This document shows positions 41,981 through 54,812 of a DNA stretch of 64,000 nucleotides, piece after piece; positions within the stretch are counted from its first letter, which is position 1, and each line of letters opens with the position of its first letter. Source of the stretch: Bdellovibrionota bacterium. GTDB taxonomy: Bacteria > Bdellovibrionota_C > UBA2361 > JAAYZI01. Made by a program: the position numbers and the translations under genes. A model generated the notes under the pieces. The model ran no database searches and was not told the origin of the DNA. It saw only the letters and a list, made by a program, of their open reading frames with translations. The stretch is from NCBI GenBank assembly GCA_050950765.1, contig JBMNIF010000001.1, positions 352,001 to 416,000 on the forward strand. The letters run 5' to 3'.

Positions 41981-42143
41981 GTGGTAAAAAGAATGTTTTT
42001 TACCTACGACCTTAAGCGTAAACGAGTTGAAACTGTTTGCACTACTATTGTGTGGTGTGGGTGGTAAAAAGAATGTTTTTTACCTACGACTTTAAGCGGT
42101 AAACGTCTTGAGACTGTTTGCACTACTATTGCGTAGTGTGGGT
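41981..42143. repeat. 80/81-bp tandem duplication upstream of the glycan operon
   Basis: GTGGTAAAAAGAATGTTTTTTACCTACGAC... at 41981 and 42061. Confidence 0.9.
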
Positions 42144-42195
42144 GAGATAGAAAAAATATTTTTACTTAAAGCTTAGAAGTGAGAGGCGAGATTTC

Positions 42196-43584
42196 ATGAC
42201 TACAAACGAGATACCGGATATCGCAGCAGTGATGGCAGAGATCAGGCAACGTGTCAGATCAGATGTTGCAGCGAACAGAGATACCCAAAAGCCGTTTCAA
42301 GGGACTGCTGCTGATTTTCACGCCACACGCAAAGCCGGAGAAATTTTACACTCTGAAGAATTACGTTATCTTAATACTAATTACGCTTATGGACCGCGCT
42401 TAAATCTTGACGCTATTACCTCCCATCGTCCTGGCTTGATCGGTAAGGTCATCGTAAAATGCAAACGAAAGCTGCTCTCAATGATCTGGGATCTGTTAAA
42501 AGACTATTTTACAGCAGAACGAGATTTTCAAGCTAATCTGGTACGTTTGCTTAACGATTTTACTAAATACGTTGATGCACGAGATGCGGCTAACTTTTGG
42601 GAGCTGATACGAAAGTTGGATTATGATATCGCAAAGGTTTCAGATCGCGTTGAAAGAATAGGAGATGAGCAGGTAGCATCTCTGAGATCTTCCGAAAGAG
42701 ATCTTTGTGATGCTTTTAATGCTCAACTAGGAGAGCAACAACAAAAGCTTGAACGCTTAACGGGTGGATATAGTGCTAAGATCGCAACTTTAGAAAATGT
42801 CACTAGCGGCATCGAAAGTATCTTAGCGCGTTGTGGTAAAAAACAACCTGCTATAATTACACCTCCTGAATCTGAAGAAGGTACCGAAAGAACAGATTTA
42901 TCATATCTTCTGCTTGAAAATCGCTCTCGTGGAAGCGAAGACGAAATCTCGGAACGCTTGAAAATTTATCCGCCACTTTTTTCTAAAGCTACATCCGAAG
43001 TGCTCGATATCGGTTCAGGTAGAGGGGAGCTCTTGGATCTCTTCAAGCAAAATAACATCCCCGCTTATGGTGTTGATCTAGATCCCGCTATGGTAGAAAC
43101 TTGCGCAGCTAAAGGGCACAAAGTTTTTTGCGGTGATGCTATTAAGCATTTACGAGCTTTAAAAGATGCCTCACTCTCCGGTGTTATCGCAATTCAAGTT
43201 GTGGAGCACTTAACTCGTGAACAGTTGGAAGAGCTCTTTACGTTATGCGCTAAAAAAGTACAGAAAGGTGGTAAAGTCGTCTTTGAAACTATTAACCCGT
43301 GCTCTTTAGTGGCGCTTTCCTCTAATTTCTATCGTGATTTAACACACGTTTGGCCACTACATCCTGATACACTTAGTTATGCTATGCAGATGTCCGGCTT
43401 AAAAAATGCTGAGATCCGTTATCTGTCGCCAGTGCCTGAGGAGGCGCAGCTACATCACATCCCCGTAGAAAGTTATATGACGCCACACTTTGCGCATACC
43501 GTTAACCTCTTTAATGACAATATCTCACGGATCAACGCCCTCTTATTCGGGCATCAAGATTATTGCGTTATTGCAGAAGCGTAG
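42196..43584 (+). CDS. Coiled-coil + class I SAM methyltransferase (glycan chain-capping type)
   Basis: Helical N-terminal half; VLDIGSGRGE, QVVEHL, ETINP, DLTH and QDY motifs. Confidence 0.85.
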   Translation: MTTNEIPDIAAVMAEIRQRVRSDVAANRDTQKPFQGTAADFHATRKAGEILHSEELRYLNTNYAYGPRLNLDAITSHRPGLIGKVIVKCKRKLLSMIWDLLKDYFTAERDFQANLVRLLNDFTKYVDARDAANFWELIRKLDYDIAKVSDRVERIGDEQVASLRSSERDLCDAFNAQLGEQQQKLERLTGGYSAKIATLENVTSGIESILARCGKKQPAIITPPESEEGTERTDLSYLLLENRSRGSEDEISERLKIYPPLFSKATSEVLDIGSGRGELLDLFKQNNIPAYGVDLDPAMVETCAAKGHKVFCGDAIKHLRALKDASLSGVIAIQVVEHLTREQLEELFTLCAKKVQKGGKVVFETINPCSLVALSSNFYRDLTHVWPLHPDTLSYAMQMSGLKNAEIRYLSPVPEEAQLHHIPVESYMTPHFAHTVNLFNDNISRINALLFGHQDYCVIAEA

Positions 43585-43596
43585 GAGGGAAGGTAA

Positions 43597-44667
43597 ATGG
43601 CTAGAATACTGATCGCCGGAGTTAAGGTTCCTTTTGTACGTGGGGGGCAGGACGTACTCGTTAAAACGTTGTGCGATGAATTAAAGGCGCGCTCTCATGA
43701 AGTTGATACGGTGGAGCTTCCTTTGAGTATGTTGCCGAAAGAATCGATTATAAATCAGATTGCGATGTGGCGGTTACTTAATTTGAATACCTTCTGCGGT
43801 AAGGATGTGGATCTCGTTATCGCTACAAAATTTCCGACGTATTATCTGCAACATCCACGCAAAAGTTTGTGGTTGGTACATCAACATCGTGCCATTTATG
43901 ATCTATACGGCGGACGTTATTCCGATATCTCTGATGATCCTAGGGATGAAGAGCTACGTAAAATGTTAGTTGAAGGTGATAAAAAGGTTATCGGAGAATG
44001 TGTTTATAGAGGAGCTATCTCTAAAAATGTAGCGGAACGACTTAAACAATATAATGATCTTGAGGCGGAGGTGCTTTATCCGCCGCTGAAACTTGCTGGA
44101 AAATACTATAATGCGACGGCAGAAAATTATATCCTCTCAGTCGGTCGAATCTGTTCCATTAAACGCGTTGATCTGATGGTTAAAGCCTTAACTTTTATTA
44201 GCCCCGATATAAAATTAAAGATAGTTGGTAAGGCTGATGAACCTGAGGTGTTACAATATATCAATAATGAAATAGATAAACATCATCTTTGGGAGCGAGT
44301 AGAGTTCTTAGGTGGTGTTGATGACGACGGTCTACTTAGTTTATACGCGCGTTCTTTAGCTGTTTATTATGCTCCCTTTGATGAAGATTACGGTTATGTC
44401 ACGTTAGAGGCTATGGCTTCTGGAAAACCTGTTATCACAGCAAAAGATAGTGGGGGTGTTTTGGAGTTTATAAGAGATGGAGAAACGGGAGTGGTGCAGG
44501 ATCCGACACCTGAAAGTATCGGTTGCGGTGCTATGCGTCTGATTGAAGATCGGACGTTAGCTGCGGAGATGGGTAAGCGCGCTAGATCTGAAATTGAAAG
44601 GATCGGTTTAGCCACAGGTGGTTGGGATAGTGTGATAAATGGTTTGCTATCACCGTTACGGAAATAG
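43597..44667 (+). CDS. Glycosyltransferase family 4
   Basis: KRVDL and EDYGYVTLEAMASGKPVI motifs. Confidence 0.92.
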   Translation: MARILIAGVKVPFVRGGQDVLVKTLCDELKARSHEVDTVELPLSMLPKESIINQIAMWRLLNLNTFCGKDVDLVIATKFPTYYLQHPRKSLWLVHQHRAIYDLYGGRYSDISDDPRDEELRKMLVEGDKKVIGECVYRGAISKNVAERLKQYNDLEAEVLYPPLKLAGKYYNATAENYILSVGRICSIKRVDLMVKALTFISPDIKLKIVGKADEPEVLQYINNEIDKHHLWERVEFLGGVDDDGLLSLYARSLAVYYAPFDEDYGYVTLEAMASGKPVITAKDSGGVLEFIRDGETGVVQDPTPESIGCGAMRLIEDRTLAAEMGKRARSEIERIGLATGGWDSVINGLLSPLRK

Positions 44668-45999
44668 ATGATGGATGCAAAACGGCTGCGCATAGCTTGG
44701 TTTTCTGTATTAAATACTGAAAGATCGTCTGCGGGCGAGTCTCTTTCGGCGTATTTTACCGATTGTGTGCTTCCTTTTTTGCAAGAACGGTTTGAAATAG
44801 AGGTATTTCATAATTCTTTTGAAAAATATAAAGGTCTCGCGACTTTTCATTACTTGCAAGCGGCTCCAAGGCATGCAGCCTACTCGTATGATATCTTCTT
44901 CTATCAGGTGGAAGATAAAAAAGAGAACGATTTTATCCGTACTCACTTAGGGCTTATCCCCGGTGTTGTGCTCTTTCACGATTTTGTACTTAGTACTGAC
45001 GGGCCTGAACCGATCTTAAATAGTCCTTGGCAGGCAACACTTAAAAAGTTTCAGAACCTTGATCTAACTTGGACAGATAGGGGCGCACAGTTTTTAAAAG
45101 AGGGGCAGATTGCTTTTAGAGAAGCGGGCTATGCTCTTGTACCGCTCTTTTCTAATTCGGCAAATTGCGAGCAATATAAAAGTTTAATACGGCAGAGGTT
45201 GGCAGGCGATGAAACGCCGAGCCCTGCCTATATTCCGATCCCTGTTACTTATTTTAAAGAGTCGCTCTCTTCAATGAATACTTTACAGATCGCATATTGC
45301 GGAACGCCGTTTATCAAACACCGCGCGCATAAACTCTTTCCTGCTATTGCAAAATTAGATAAACCTAAAAAGCTGCATTGGTTGATTGCGGAAGATGAAG
45401 TTAAGAGAGCGGAGGATCTTTTGAATGAGTTTTTCGGTTCAGCGTGGCAAGATTTTGCGACGTTGCATCTCGGCAGGTCTCCACAGAGATGGCAGGACAT
45501 TATTAAAAATTGTAATGTAGCAGCGCATCCGTTATTTAGCGTGCACGGACACCCTTGCCCATATCTGGAGCTTAGTTTGGCGCATAATCTGCCGTGTCTT
45601 GTGACACGTTTTGCTTATGCGGATACGTTACCTGATGCGCTGGTGTATAAGATTGAAGCGGGAGTGACGGAAGAACGACAGTTCTTTGAAGCGCTTAAAC
45701 ATCTGGAAGAAACTCTTGGCTGTAAGCGTGACCTTAGCACTTCGGCAAGGGAGCTTTTTAGTGCAAGTGCTGTTGCACAAGACCTCGCTTTTGTGTTTGA
45801 GAAGAACGCAGCATATCTCAAAAATATTTCACAACGGTGGATAGCTTTGCAAAAAAACGCCAGAAGAGCTCTACTTGAAGAGGTGCGGCAGAGTGTTTGT
45901 ATAGGTGTGAAAAGTTGTGATTTAACGGGGCTATCTAATTCGTTGTCGGCGTGGGATACGGTTTTTAGTCCTGTAATGCACGAGCTCGGTTGGAAGTAA
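44668..45999 (+). CDS. Divergent GT-B glycosyltransferase-like protein
   Basis: RIAWFS and PGVVLFHDFVL motifs; operon context. Confidence 0.65.
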   Translation: MMDAKRLRIAWFSVLNTERSSAGESLSAYFTDCVLPFLQERFEIEVFHNSFEKYKGLATFHYLQAAPRHAAYSYDIFFYQVEDKKENDFIRTHLGLIPGVVLFHDFVLSTDGPEPILNSPWQATLKKFQNLDLTWTDRGAQFLKEGQIAFREAGYALVPLFSNSANCEQYKSLIRQRLAGDETPSPAYIPIPVTYFKESLSSMNTLQIAYCGTPFIKHRAHKLFPAIAKLDKPKKLHWLIAEDEVKRAEDLLNEFFGSAWQDFATLHLGRSPQRWQDIIKNCNVAAHPLFSVHGHPCPYLELSLAHNLPCLVTRFAYADTLPDALVYKIEAGVTEERQFFEALKHLEETLGCKRDLSTSARELFSASAVAQDLAFVFEKNAAYLKNISQRWIALQKNARRALLEEVRQSVCIGVKSCDLTGLSNSLSAWDTVFSPVMHELGWK

Positions 46000-46015
46000 A
46001 TTAAGAGGGAAGAAC

Positions 46016-47272
46016 ATGGCGATTGATACAGCATCTTCTGATAGACGACAACGCAGATATGCCTTTGTGTGTCCGCGCTTTGGAGAAGGTGTGATCGGTG
46101 GTGAGGTAACATTGATTAGTCAACTTGCTTCGCAACTTGTGAAACGTGGGAACCCCGTAGAAGTACTTACCACTTGCGCTAAAGATAATCGTACTTGGGA
46201 AAATGAATATGCGGAAGGGCAGGACCTCGCTTTCGGTGTGCCTGTTTCTCGATTTAAAGTTGATGAGCGAGATTTAGAAGTTTGGATTCCAAGACAGATT
46301 AGTATTAGCGAAGGGATGAATCTGAGTTTAGAAGACCAGCTGCTCTGGATGCAGCACAGTGTAAATTCCAGCGCTCTGTATCGTTATATCTTGCAGGTGG
46401 CGGATAGCTTTGATGCGATCTTTTTTATACCGTATCTTTTTGGCACTACTTTTTGGGGCTCGTTGCTTAGACCTGATAAATCATATTTAATTCCGTGTTT
46501 GCACGATGAGTCTTATGCTTATACTGATGTTGTTGCGAGTATGTTTAGGCAAGTTTGCGGAGCTATCTTTAATGCTGCACCTGAACAGGAGTTGGCAAAT
46601 CGTTTGTATGGGACAATTCGTGGCGGCGCTGTTGGAATGGGGTTCGTGCCACCTTCAGAGGAAGAGGTGGCGGCGTTAACGCCGTACTTTGAAGAACACT
46701 TTCCTTATATCGTTTACGTCGGACGTAAAGAGACAGGGAAGAATGCGCATCTGTTGATAGATTATTTTATGGAATCAAAAGATACTGCAACGCTACCATC
46801 TAATCTAAAACTTGTTATTGCTGGCGGCGGGTCTTTCTCTGATTTAAATCGTCCTGCTGCTTTAGAAAGAGATGATATCTTAGATGTTGGGCATCTTTCT
46901 GAAGTTGATAAAAAACGGGTGATCAAGTATGCGCACGCTTTATGTCAACCCTCTTTGAATGAATCATTTTCAATTGTACTGATGGAGGCGTGGCTTTTAG
47001 GAACTCCTATTATCGTACACGCTGATTGTGAAGTAACTCGTTATCAGGCTACTAGATCTGGAGGAGGACTCTATTTTAGTTCTGCTAAGGAATTCGGCGG
47101 TGTTGCAAGTAAGATCTGTCAAGATCAAGATCTACGTGAAAAAATGGCTGCTGCTGGGGAAAAATATGTTTTGACGGAGTATAATTGGGACTCTGTAATA
47201 GAGAGGTTTGATAATGTTATGGATAGTTTTCTTTTGCCCGTAGAGTCCGAAAAAACGGAGAGTTTAGAATAG
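46016..47272 (+). CDS. Glycosyltransferase family 4
   Basis: VEVLTT, YVGRKETGKN and PSLNESFSIVLMEAW motifs. Confidence 0.92.
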   Translation: MAIDTASSDRRQRRYAFVCPRFGEGVIGGEVTLISQLASQLVKRGNPVEVLTTCAKDNRTWENEYAEGQDLAFGVPVSRFKVDERDLEVWIPRQISISEGMNLSLEDQLLWMQHSVNSSALYRYILQVADSFDAIFFIPYLFGTTFWGSLLRPDKSYLIPCLHDESYAYTDVVASMFRQVCGAIFNAAPEQELANRLYGTIRGGAVGMGFVPPSEEEVAALTPYFEEHFPYIVYVGRKETGKNAHLLIDYFMESKDTATLPSNLKLVIAGGGSFSDLNRPAALERDDILDVGHLSEVDKKRVIKYAHALCQPSLNESFSIVLMEAWLLGTPIIVHADCEVTRYQATRSGGGLYFSSAKEFGGVASKICQDQDLREKMAAAGEKYVLTEYNWDSVIERFDNVMDSFLLPVESEKTESLE

Positions 47273-47372
47273 TTCTACCGTTATCCTCTTTATTATTTTA
47301 AACTGCATGAAGTGCTGAAGAAGTGCTAAAGAGATAGGGTGCTTCTAGGGAAACTGGGAAACTTGAAATTAA

Positions 47373-49403
<2,031 letters not shown>

Positions 49404-49441
49404 ATCTGAGTATTAAAATGATAGAAGAGGTCGCTTAAAAA

Positions 49442-50572
49442 ATGGGATCTGAAACAAAACAACGAATTGTAGTAAAGATAGGTAGCAGTTTATTAACTGA
49501 TGAAGATGGACGACTTTCTTTAGAAAAATTAAGAGGTCATGTGGCGGCTATCTCAAGGGCTAAAGAAGCGGGGCACGCTGTGCTTTTAGTAACTTCTGCT
49601 GCTATTGCGGCAGGGTTTGAGAAATTGGGATTTTCTAAACGTCCTAAGACGGTTGTGCAGAAGCAGGCTTGTGCTGCTGTTGGGCAGGGGCTTTTAATGC
49701 AAGCTTATGCGGAAGCTTTTTCAGAAAAAAATATAGTGGTAGCGCAAGTTTTATTGACAAAACGTGATATGGCGATTCGTGAGTCGTATAACAATGCCAT
49801 GAATACTTTGGAGTTTCTTTTGGATCGAGGCGTGGTGCCGATTATTAATCAAAATGATACTACGGCAATTGAGGAGATCTCTTTTGGTGATAATGATTCT
49901 TTAGCTGCTAGGGTGGCAGCGCTCCTGCACGCCGATCTCTGTATGATTTTTACGGATACTGCAGGTTTGTATGATTCCGATCCTACTCAAAATAGTGATG
50001 CGCGGAAGATTCCTTATGTTGAAAAGATAACGCCGGAAATTTTAGCTTTAGCGTCTTCTTCAAAATCAGGTGTCGGAACGGGGGGGATGAGATCGAAAAT
50101 TTTAGCGGCTGAAGTTGCTATCTCAATGGGCACGAATGTTTTTGTCGGTGATGGTAGAGATATAGAAGATGACATGAAAATTTTAAAGATTTTAGAACGT
50201 AACGGTGCTGGAACTTATTTTGGAGCGCCGCAGCATGGGCAGATGCAACGTAAAAAACAGTGGATCGCTTTACACTCTGATGTGCAAGGTACGCTTGTAA
50301 TTGATGATGGTGCTGTTGAAGCTCTTACAAAAAGTGGGCACAGCCTTTTAGTGGTTGGGGTTGTGGATGTTTTTGGAGATTTTGAAGAGGGAGCTGTGTT
50401 GGAGGTTAGGGATCTTAAAGGACGTTTAGTTGGTAAAGGGGTTGTTAATTATGCTGCTGATTTATTAAGAAAGATCGTTAGAAAAGAAGATGCCGCAGCT
50501 ATCTCGCAGGGGGAGACTTTAACCGAAGTGATCCATCGGGATGATTGGGTGCAAAATGAAAATGAAGCGTAG
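49442..50572 (+). CDS. proB: Glutamate 5-kinase with PUA domain
   Basis: VVKIGSS, FGDNDSL, GTGGMRSK and EVIHRDD motifs. Confidence 0.96.
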   Translation: MGSETKQRIVVKIGSSLLTDEDGRLSLEKLRGHVAAISRAKEAGHAVLLVTSAAIAAGFEKLGFSKRPKTVVQKQACAAVGQGLLMQAYAEAFSEKNIVVAQVLLTKRDMAIRESYNNAMNTLEFLLDRGVVPIINQNDTTAIEEISFGDNDSLAARVAALLHADLCMIFTDTAGLYDSDPTQNSDARKIPYVEKITPEILALASSSKSGVGTGGMRSKILAAEVAISMGTNVFVGDGRDIEDDMKILKILERNGAGTYFGAPQHGQMQRKKQWIALHSDVQGTLVIDDGAVEALTKSGHSLLVVGVVDVFGDFEEGAVLEVRDLKGRLVGKGVVNYAADLLRKIVRKEDAAAISQGETLTEVIHRDDWVQNENEA

Positions 50573-50594
50573 TAGATGTTTTGCCTGTTTACTT

Positions 50595-50818
50595 AAAAGG
50601 GCACCTTTTTGGTGCCACCCTTCGGGGACGACAGAACGGGCTCAAACAGAAGAGTGAATCGGCTAGATCTTTGACGGGGGTTAAAAAACAGGTGCCACCC
50701 TTCTTTATTATAACCTTGCCAAGCAAAGTGTTTAAACCATAAAATGGTAATAAACTAATAATATCGATATGTTAGCTAAGTTTTAAAATTTAACTAAAAG
50801 TGGGTGTCCTAATTGGCA
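50595..50818 (+). repeat. Short mosaic repeat array
   Basis: Two GGTGCCACCC cores, an IHF-like module and a GGGTGTCCTAATT core. Confidence 0.85.
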
Positions 50819-50897
50819 GTAGTCAGGAAATGAAGCGTATTAGTTATTTAATTAAGGATGATTGCATTTTATCTGTTTATATAGTGATCTGTCAGAT

Positions 50898-51566
50898 ATG
50901 AAAAAGTTAGTCTATTTTATTTTGGTGCTGATGGTGTATCCCGTTTCTGTCATGGCTCAGTTTGAAGATAATAATGGTGACGGGGAACTCGCCGTTTTAG
51001 CGTTTGGCGATAGTATTACTTATGGTGTAGGAGCCGAGCCTAATCAAAGTTATCCCGCTTATCTTTCCGTATTGACGGGGGTGAATGTTGTAAATAAAGG
51101 TGTCCCAGGAGAGCGCTTAGTGTTAAGCGGTAACAGGAGGATTCTGCCACTTTTAAAAAGTGGAAACTTTGATGTTGCTCTGATCATGGAAGGTGCAAAT
51201 GATGCTGTGATGCAGATCATGCCCAGTGAATTAAATGCTGCTTTGCAAAAGATTATTAATATTGCACTCCTTAATCGTGTTGAACCAGTACTTTTTTCTC
51301 TGCCATTGCCTGTTGGGGATCATGCTAATTTACAACCTTGGGTGATCGCTTATAACCAAGAAATTTTTCAATTGGCTTTTATTAATGATGTAAGGTTGAT
51401 TGATCTGGAGTGGGCATGGAGCGAAAGCGTTTGTAATAATGATGTCTGCGAGCTGTATAATATGCCGGATGGGCTGCACCCCAGTGCATTAGGGAATCAA
51501 CTAATAGCGGAAAAAATTTATGAATCATTTTATGGTAAAACGCCTGCTGCTACGGAGGAAAAGTAG
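50898..51566 (+). CDS. Exported SGNH/GDSL hydrolase
   Basis: AFGDSIT, GAND and DGLHP motifs; signal peptide MKKLVY. Confidence 0.9.
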   Translation: MKKLVYFILVLMVYPVSVMAQFEDNNGDGELAVLAFGDSITYGVGAEPNQSYPAYLSVLTGVNVVNKGVPGERLVLSGNRRILPLLKSGNFDVALIMEGANDAVMQIMPSELNAALQKIINIALLNRVEPVLFSLPLPVGDHANLQPWVIAYNQEIFQLAFINDVRLIDLEWAWSESVCNNDVCELYNMPDGLHPSALGNQLIAEKIYESFYGKTPAATEEK

Positions 51567-52246
51567 TGAAAAAAGAACTTTTTATTTCATTCTTACTTAT
51601 GGCACTTACCTCTTGCGGTGGTGGTGGCGGTGATGATGCTGCACAAAACTCTTCAATGTTTAATATAGATGGAGTAGGGCGTGATCGTGTCGCAGCAGGG
51701 GTGAGGGTTGTACACGGTGTTATTGATGGTTATCCGTTACAGATTTCAGATGAAACAGGGGTGCTGTATGCACCGTTAAGGTATTCATTTACAAATTATT
51801 TAGAACTTTCTAAGAAAGTGCAGAATATTAATTTAGAAAAATACAAAACAAATGAGCCTGTTGCATTCTTTTCTCTTGATCTTTCAAAACAGGCAAGATC
51901 GAGTGTGCTTTTTTGTGGAAGTAGAGAAAATAGAACATTAAAAACTAATTTTGTTACACATCAAAGTGCAGCTGTTGATATAGTGTCTTTTAGAGTGCTG
52001 CATCTTCTGTATGGCGCCGGATTTTTAAAAACCGTTGTAAATGGTGTTGAGATGAATGCTGATTTTTGTAACGCTTCTCAATATCTCTCTTTTTCGGATT
52101 CTGTTTTAAACGTTACGATATCTCGACTTTCGGATGGTCGTTTGATAATGCAGGACACTATTAATGTACAATTCGGAAAATCTTATAGTTTGATCGTTAG
52201 CGGCGACTTGGAGCAAGATTTTAAAGTTAAGTTAGCTGAAGATTAA
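51566..52246 (+). CDS. Lipoprotein, DUF4397-like
   Basis: LTSC lipobox, Gly linker, two VRVVH/FRVLH beta repeats. Confidence 0.65.
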   Translation: MKKELFISFLLMALTSCGGGGGDDAAQNSSMFNIDGVGRDRVAAGVRVVHGVIDGYPLQISDETGVLYAPLRYSFTNYLELSKKVQNINLEKYKTNEPVAFFSLDLSKQARSSVLFCGSRENRTLKTNFVTHQSAAVDIVSFRVLHLLYGAGFLKTVVNGVEMNADFCNASQYLSFSDSVLNVTISRLSDGRLIMQDTINVQFGKSYSLIVSGDLEQDFKVKLAED

Positions 52247-52293
52247 GACTAGCCTTACCATCTTCAGCCAAGCCCATTGTCTCTGGTTATCCA

Positions 52294-52756
52294 AAAAGGA
52301 CACCCACCTTTACTGGTGCCACCCTTCTTTATTAGAAGGTTAGTAAGCAAAGTGCCTAAATCTTAAAATGCAAACAATCTAATAATATCGATATGTTAGC
52401 TAAATCTTGAAATTTAACTAAAAGTGGGTGTCCTAATTAGCTAGCAGCAGATGGCTCTTGTGTCGCCCACCTAAAAAGGACACCCACCCTAAGCTGAAGG
52501 GCGGCACCAAATTTTTGACCCTCATCCAGATCTAGCCAATTTATTTTGCAGTCGCAGCCCGTCCAGTCGTCACTGAAGGGTGGCACCAAATTTTCTCCCC
52601 AGCCTTCCAAAAAGGACACCCACTTTTACTGGTGCCACCCTTCTTTAGTAGAAGCTTGGTAAAGAAGATATTTTAATCTTCAAATGGCAACAATCTAATA
52701 ATATCGATATATTAGCTAAGCCTTAGAATTTAACTAAAAGTGGGTGTCCTAATTAG
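52294..52756. repeat. Mosaic repeat array between convergent genes
   Basis: Two ~145-bp AAAAAGGACACCC...GGGTGTCCTAATT units flanking an inverted module. Confidence 0.88.
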
Positions 52757-52800
52757 AGCTGGGGGAGCGGCGGCTCCTGTTGTCCAAAGGGTATTTTTTT

Positions 52801-53847
52801 CTATTTTAAAAGTGGAGAGAAGTTGTTGCTCCAAACTGTCGTTCCATCCTCTCTGATAAAATAGGCGGCGTAGTCGGGGTGTTGTGCTAACCAAGCTAGA
52901 CCGCCCTTTGAGCCCATGATTAGGAGAACGGTGCTGAGGGCGTCGGCTTTTATGGCAGAATCAGCATAGACTGTAACTGATACGGTATCAGATGCGGCGG
53001 GATACCCTGTTCTTGGATCGATAATATGATGGCGTTTTTTTTCTCCGCTACCTTTGAATCTCCTGTAAGATCCGGAAGTGGCAAGAGCGCCGCTACTTAA
53101 TTTAATAGTAGCGCTTAAATCTTCTGCGGTGTGCGGAGCGTTTGTTGGATTTTCAATACCTATCTCCCAAGGTTTGTTATCAGGGTTCTTGCCGTTTATA
53201 CGCATCTCGCCACCGATATTTATTAGGTAGTTTTTTACCTGATAATGTTCAAGGATTAAAGCGGTTTGATCTGCAGCGTAACCAGGGATGATGGCGGAAA
53301 AATCTATTTTGAGGTTACCTTTATTTTTTTTAATGCGTAGATCTTCAATTCCAATATGTTTAAATCCGATCGTTCGTAAGGTATCTGAAATTTCAGTAGG
53401 TGTGGGCTCTGTCGTATTTTCTGAAGGACCAAAACCCCAAAGTTGTAATAAAGGTAATATTGTTGGATCGAAAATGTTTGCGCTTTCTATATAGAATTTT
53501 AACCCTGCTTGCATAATATAAGACATGTCTTCAGAGATCGGAATCCAGTGTTGTGGAGGGGCAGCATTTATTTTTGATAGCTCCGAAGATGCGTCCCAGA
53601 GAGAGAATGTATGCTCTATCTTTGAAAGTCTTGTTGTGATGAGTTGTTTTAATTTTACGGGAGTAATATTGTGAGGAGTGTCATTAATCGTAATAGCATA
53701 CACACTTCCCATAGCAGTGCCATTTATGGCTATAACCTCTTTAGGAGGAGCTTGTTCTTTTTTTGATTGATTAACAAATAGCACTATTCCCGATAGCACT
53801 ATCACACCAAAAATTAAGATAAGAACAGGCTTTTTATAAAACGGCAT
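52801..53847 (-). CDS. apbE: FAD:protein FMN transferase
   Basis: AMGS, FDPTI, IGGE, ATSGSY, HHIIDPRTG and ADALST motifs. Confidence 0.95.
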   Translation of the reverse strand: MPFYKKPVLILIFGVIVLSGIVLFVNQSKKEQAPPKEVIAINGTAMGSVYAITINDTPHNITPVKLKQLITTRLSKIEHTFSLWDASSELSKINAAPPQHWIPISEDMSYIMQAGLKFYIESANIFDPTILPLLQLWGFGPSENTTEPTPTEISDTLRTIGFKHIGIEDLRIKKNKGNLKIDFSAIIPGYAADQTALILEHYQVKNYLINIGGEMRINGKNPDNKPWEIGIENPTNAPHTAEDLSATIKLSSGALATSGSYRRFKGSGEKKRHHIIDPRTGYPAASDTVSVTVYADSAIKADALSTVLLIMGSKGGLAWLAQHPDYAAYFIREDGTTVWSNNFSPLLK

Positions 53848-53864
53848 GAGACAGCCTCTCGGCG

Positions 53865-54755
53865 TTAGGCATTGTCAGTTAGTACCTTGATTAGATACTG
53901 ACCATAAGTGTTCTTTTGCATGCGACGTGCTGCTTCTGCTAAAACACCCGCTGAGATCCAGCCTTGCATAAAAGCGATCTCTTCTAAGCAAGCGATCATT
54001 AAACCTTGTCTTTCCTCTATGGATTGCACAAAAACAGAAGCTTGTAAAAAAGAAGCATACGTTCCTGTATCAAACCATGCGATACCGCGCCCCATCTTTT
54101 CAACGTGAAGGTTTTTACGTCTTAAGTATTCTACATTAACATCGGTAATCTCAAGCTCTCCGCGTTGAGATGGCTTAAGACCTTCTGCTATCGCAACTAC
54201 ATCGTTATCGTAAAAGTAACACCCTGTTACTGCCCAACGAGAACGAGGGGTTTTAGGTTTTTCTTCTATGCTGATGGCAAGACCTTGAGAGTCAAACTCA
54301 ACAACACCGTATCGTGTTGGGTCTTTCACCTCATAACCGAAAACAGTGGCTCCGCTTTCGCGATTAACAGCGGCTCTAAAGATCTGTGTTAAGCCGTGCC
54401 CAAAGAAAATATTGTCGCCTAAGGCTAAAGCAACGCGATCTTTACCGATAAAGTCTTTACCAATTAAAAACGATTGTGCTAGCCCATCTGGGCTCGGTTG
54501 GACGGCGTATGAGATATTTAATCCGAATTGACTGCCATCTTTTAATAATCGTTGGAAAGAATGTTGATCTTCGGGGGTTGTAATGATTAATAGATCTTGA
54601 ATACCGGCTGTCATTAAAGACGCAATCGGATAATAGATCATCGGTTTATCATAAATAGGCAAAAGTTGTTTACTAACTGCTTGTGTGATTGGGTGTAACC
54701 TTGAGCCTGAACCTCCTGCCAAGATGATTCCCTTCATTTTACGTTTGTTTGTCAT
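53865..54755 (-). CDS. rfbA: Glucose-1-phosphate thymidylyltransferase
   Basis: [31 protein letters not shown] and RGELEITD motifs. Confidence 0.97.
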   Translation of the reverse strand: MTNKRKMKGIILAGGSGSRLHPITQAVSKQLLPIYDKPMIYYPIASLMTAGIQDLLIITTPEDQHSFQRLLKDGSQFGLNISYAVQPSPDGLAQSFLIGKDFIGKDRVALALGDNIFFGHGLTQIFRAAVNRESGATVFGYEVKDPTRYGVVEFDSQGLAISIEEKPKTPRSRWAVTGCYFYDNDVVAIAEGLKPSQRGELEITDVNVEYLRRKNLHVEKMGRGIAWFDTGTYASFLQASVFVQSIEERQGLMIACLEEIAFMQGWISAGVLAEAARRMQKNTYGQYLIKVLTDNA

Positions 54756-54812
54756 GTTATGACCTCAATTTTATGACCAAAGGTGTTATTTTAAATATAA
54801 AATTTTAAAAAA

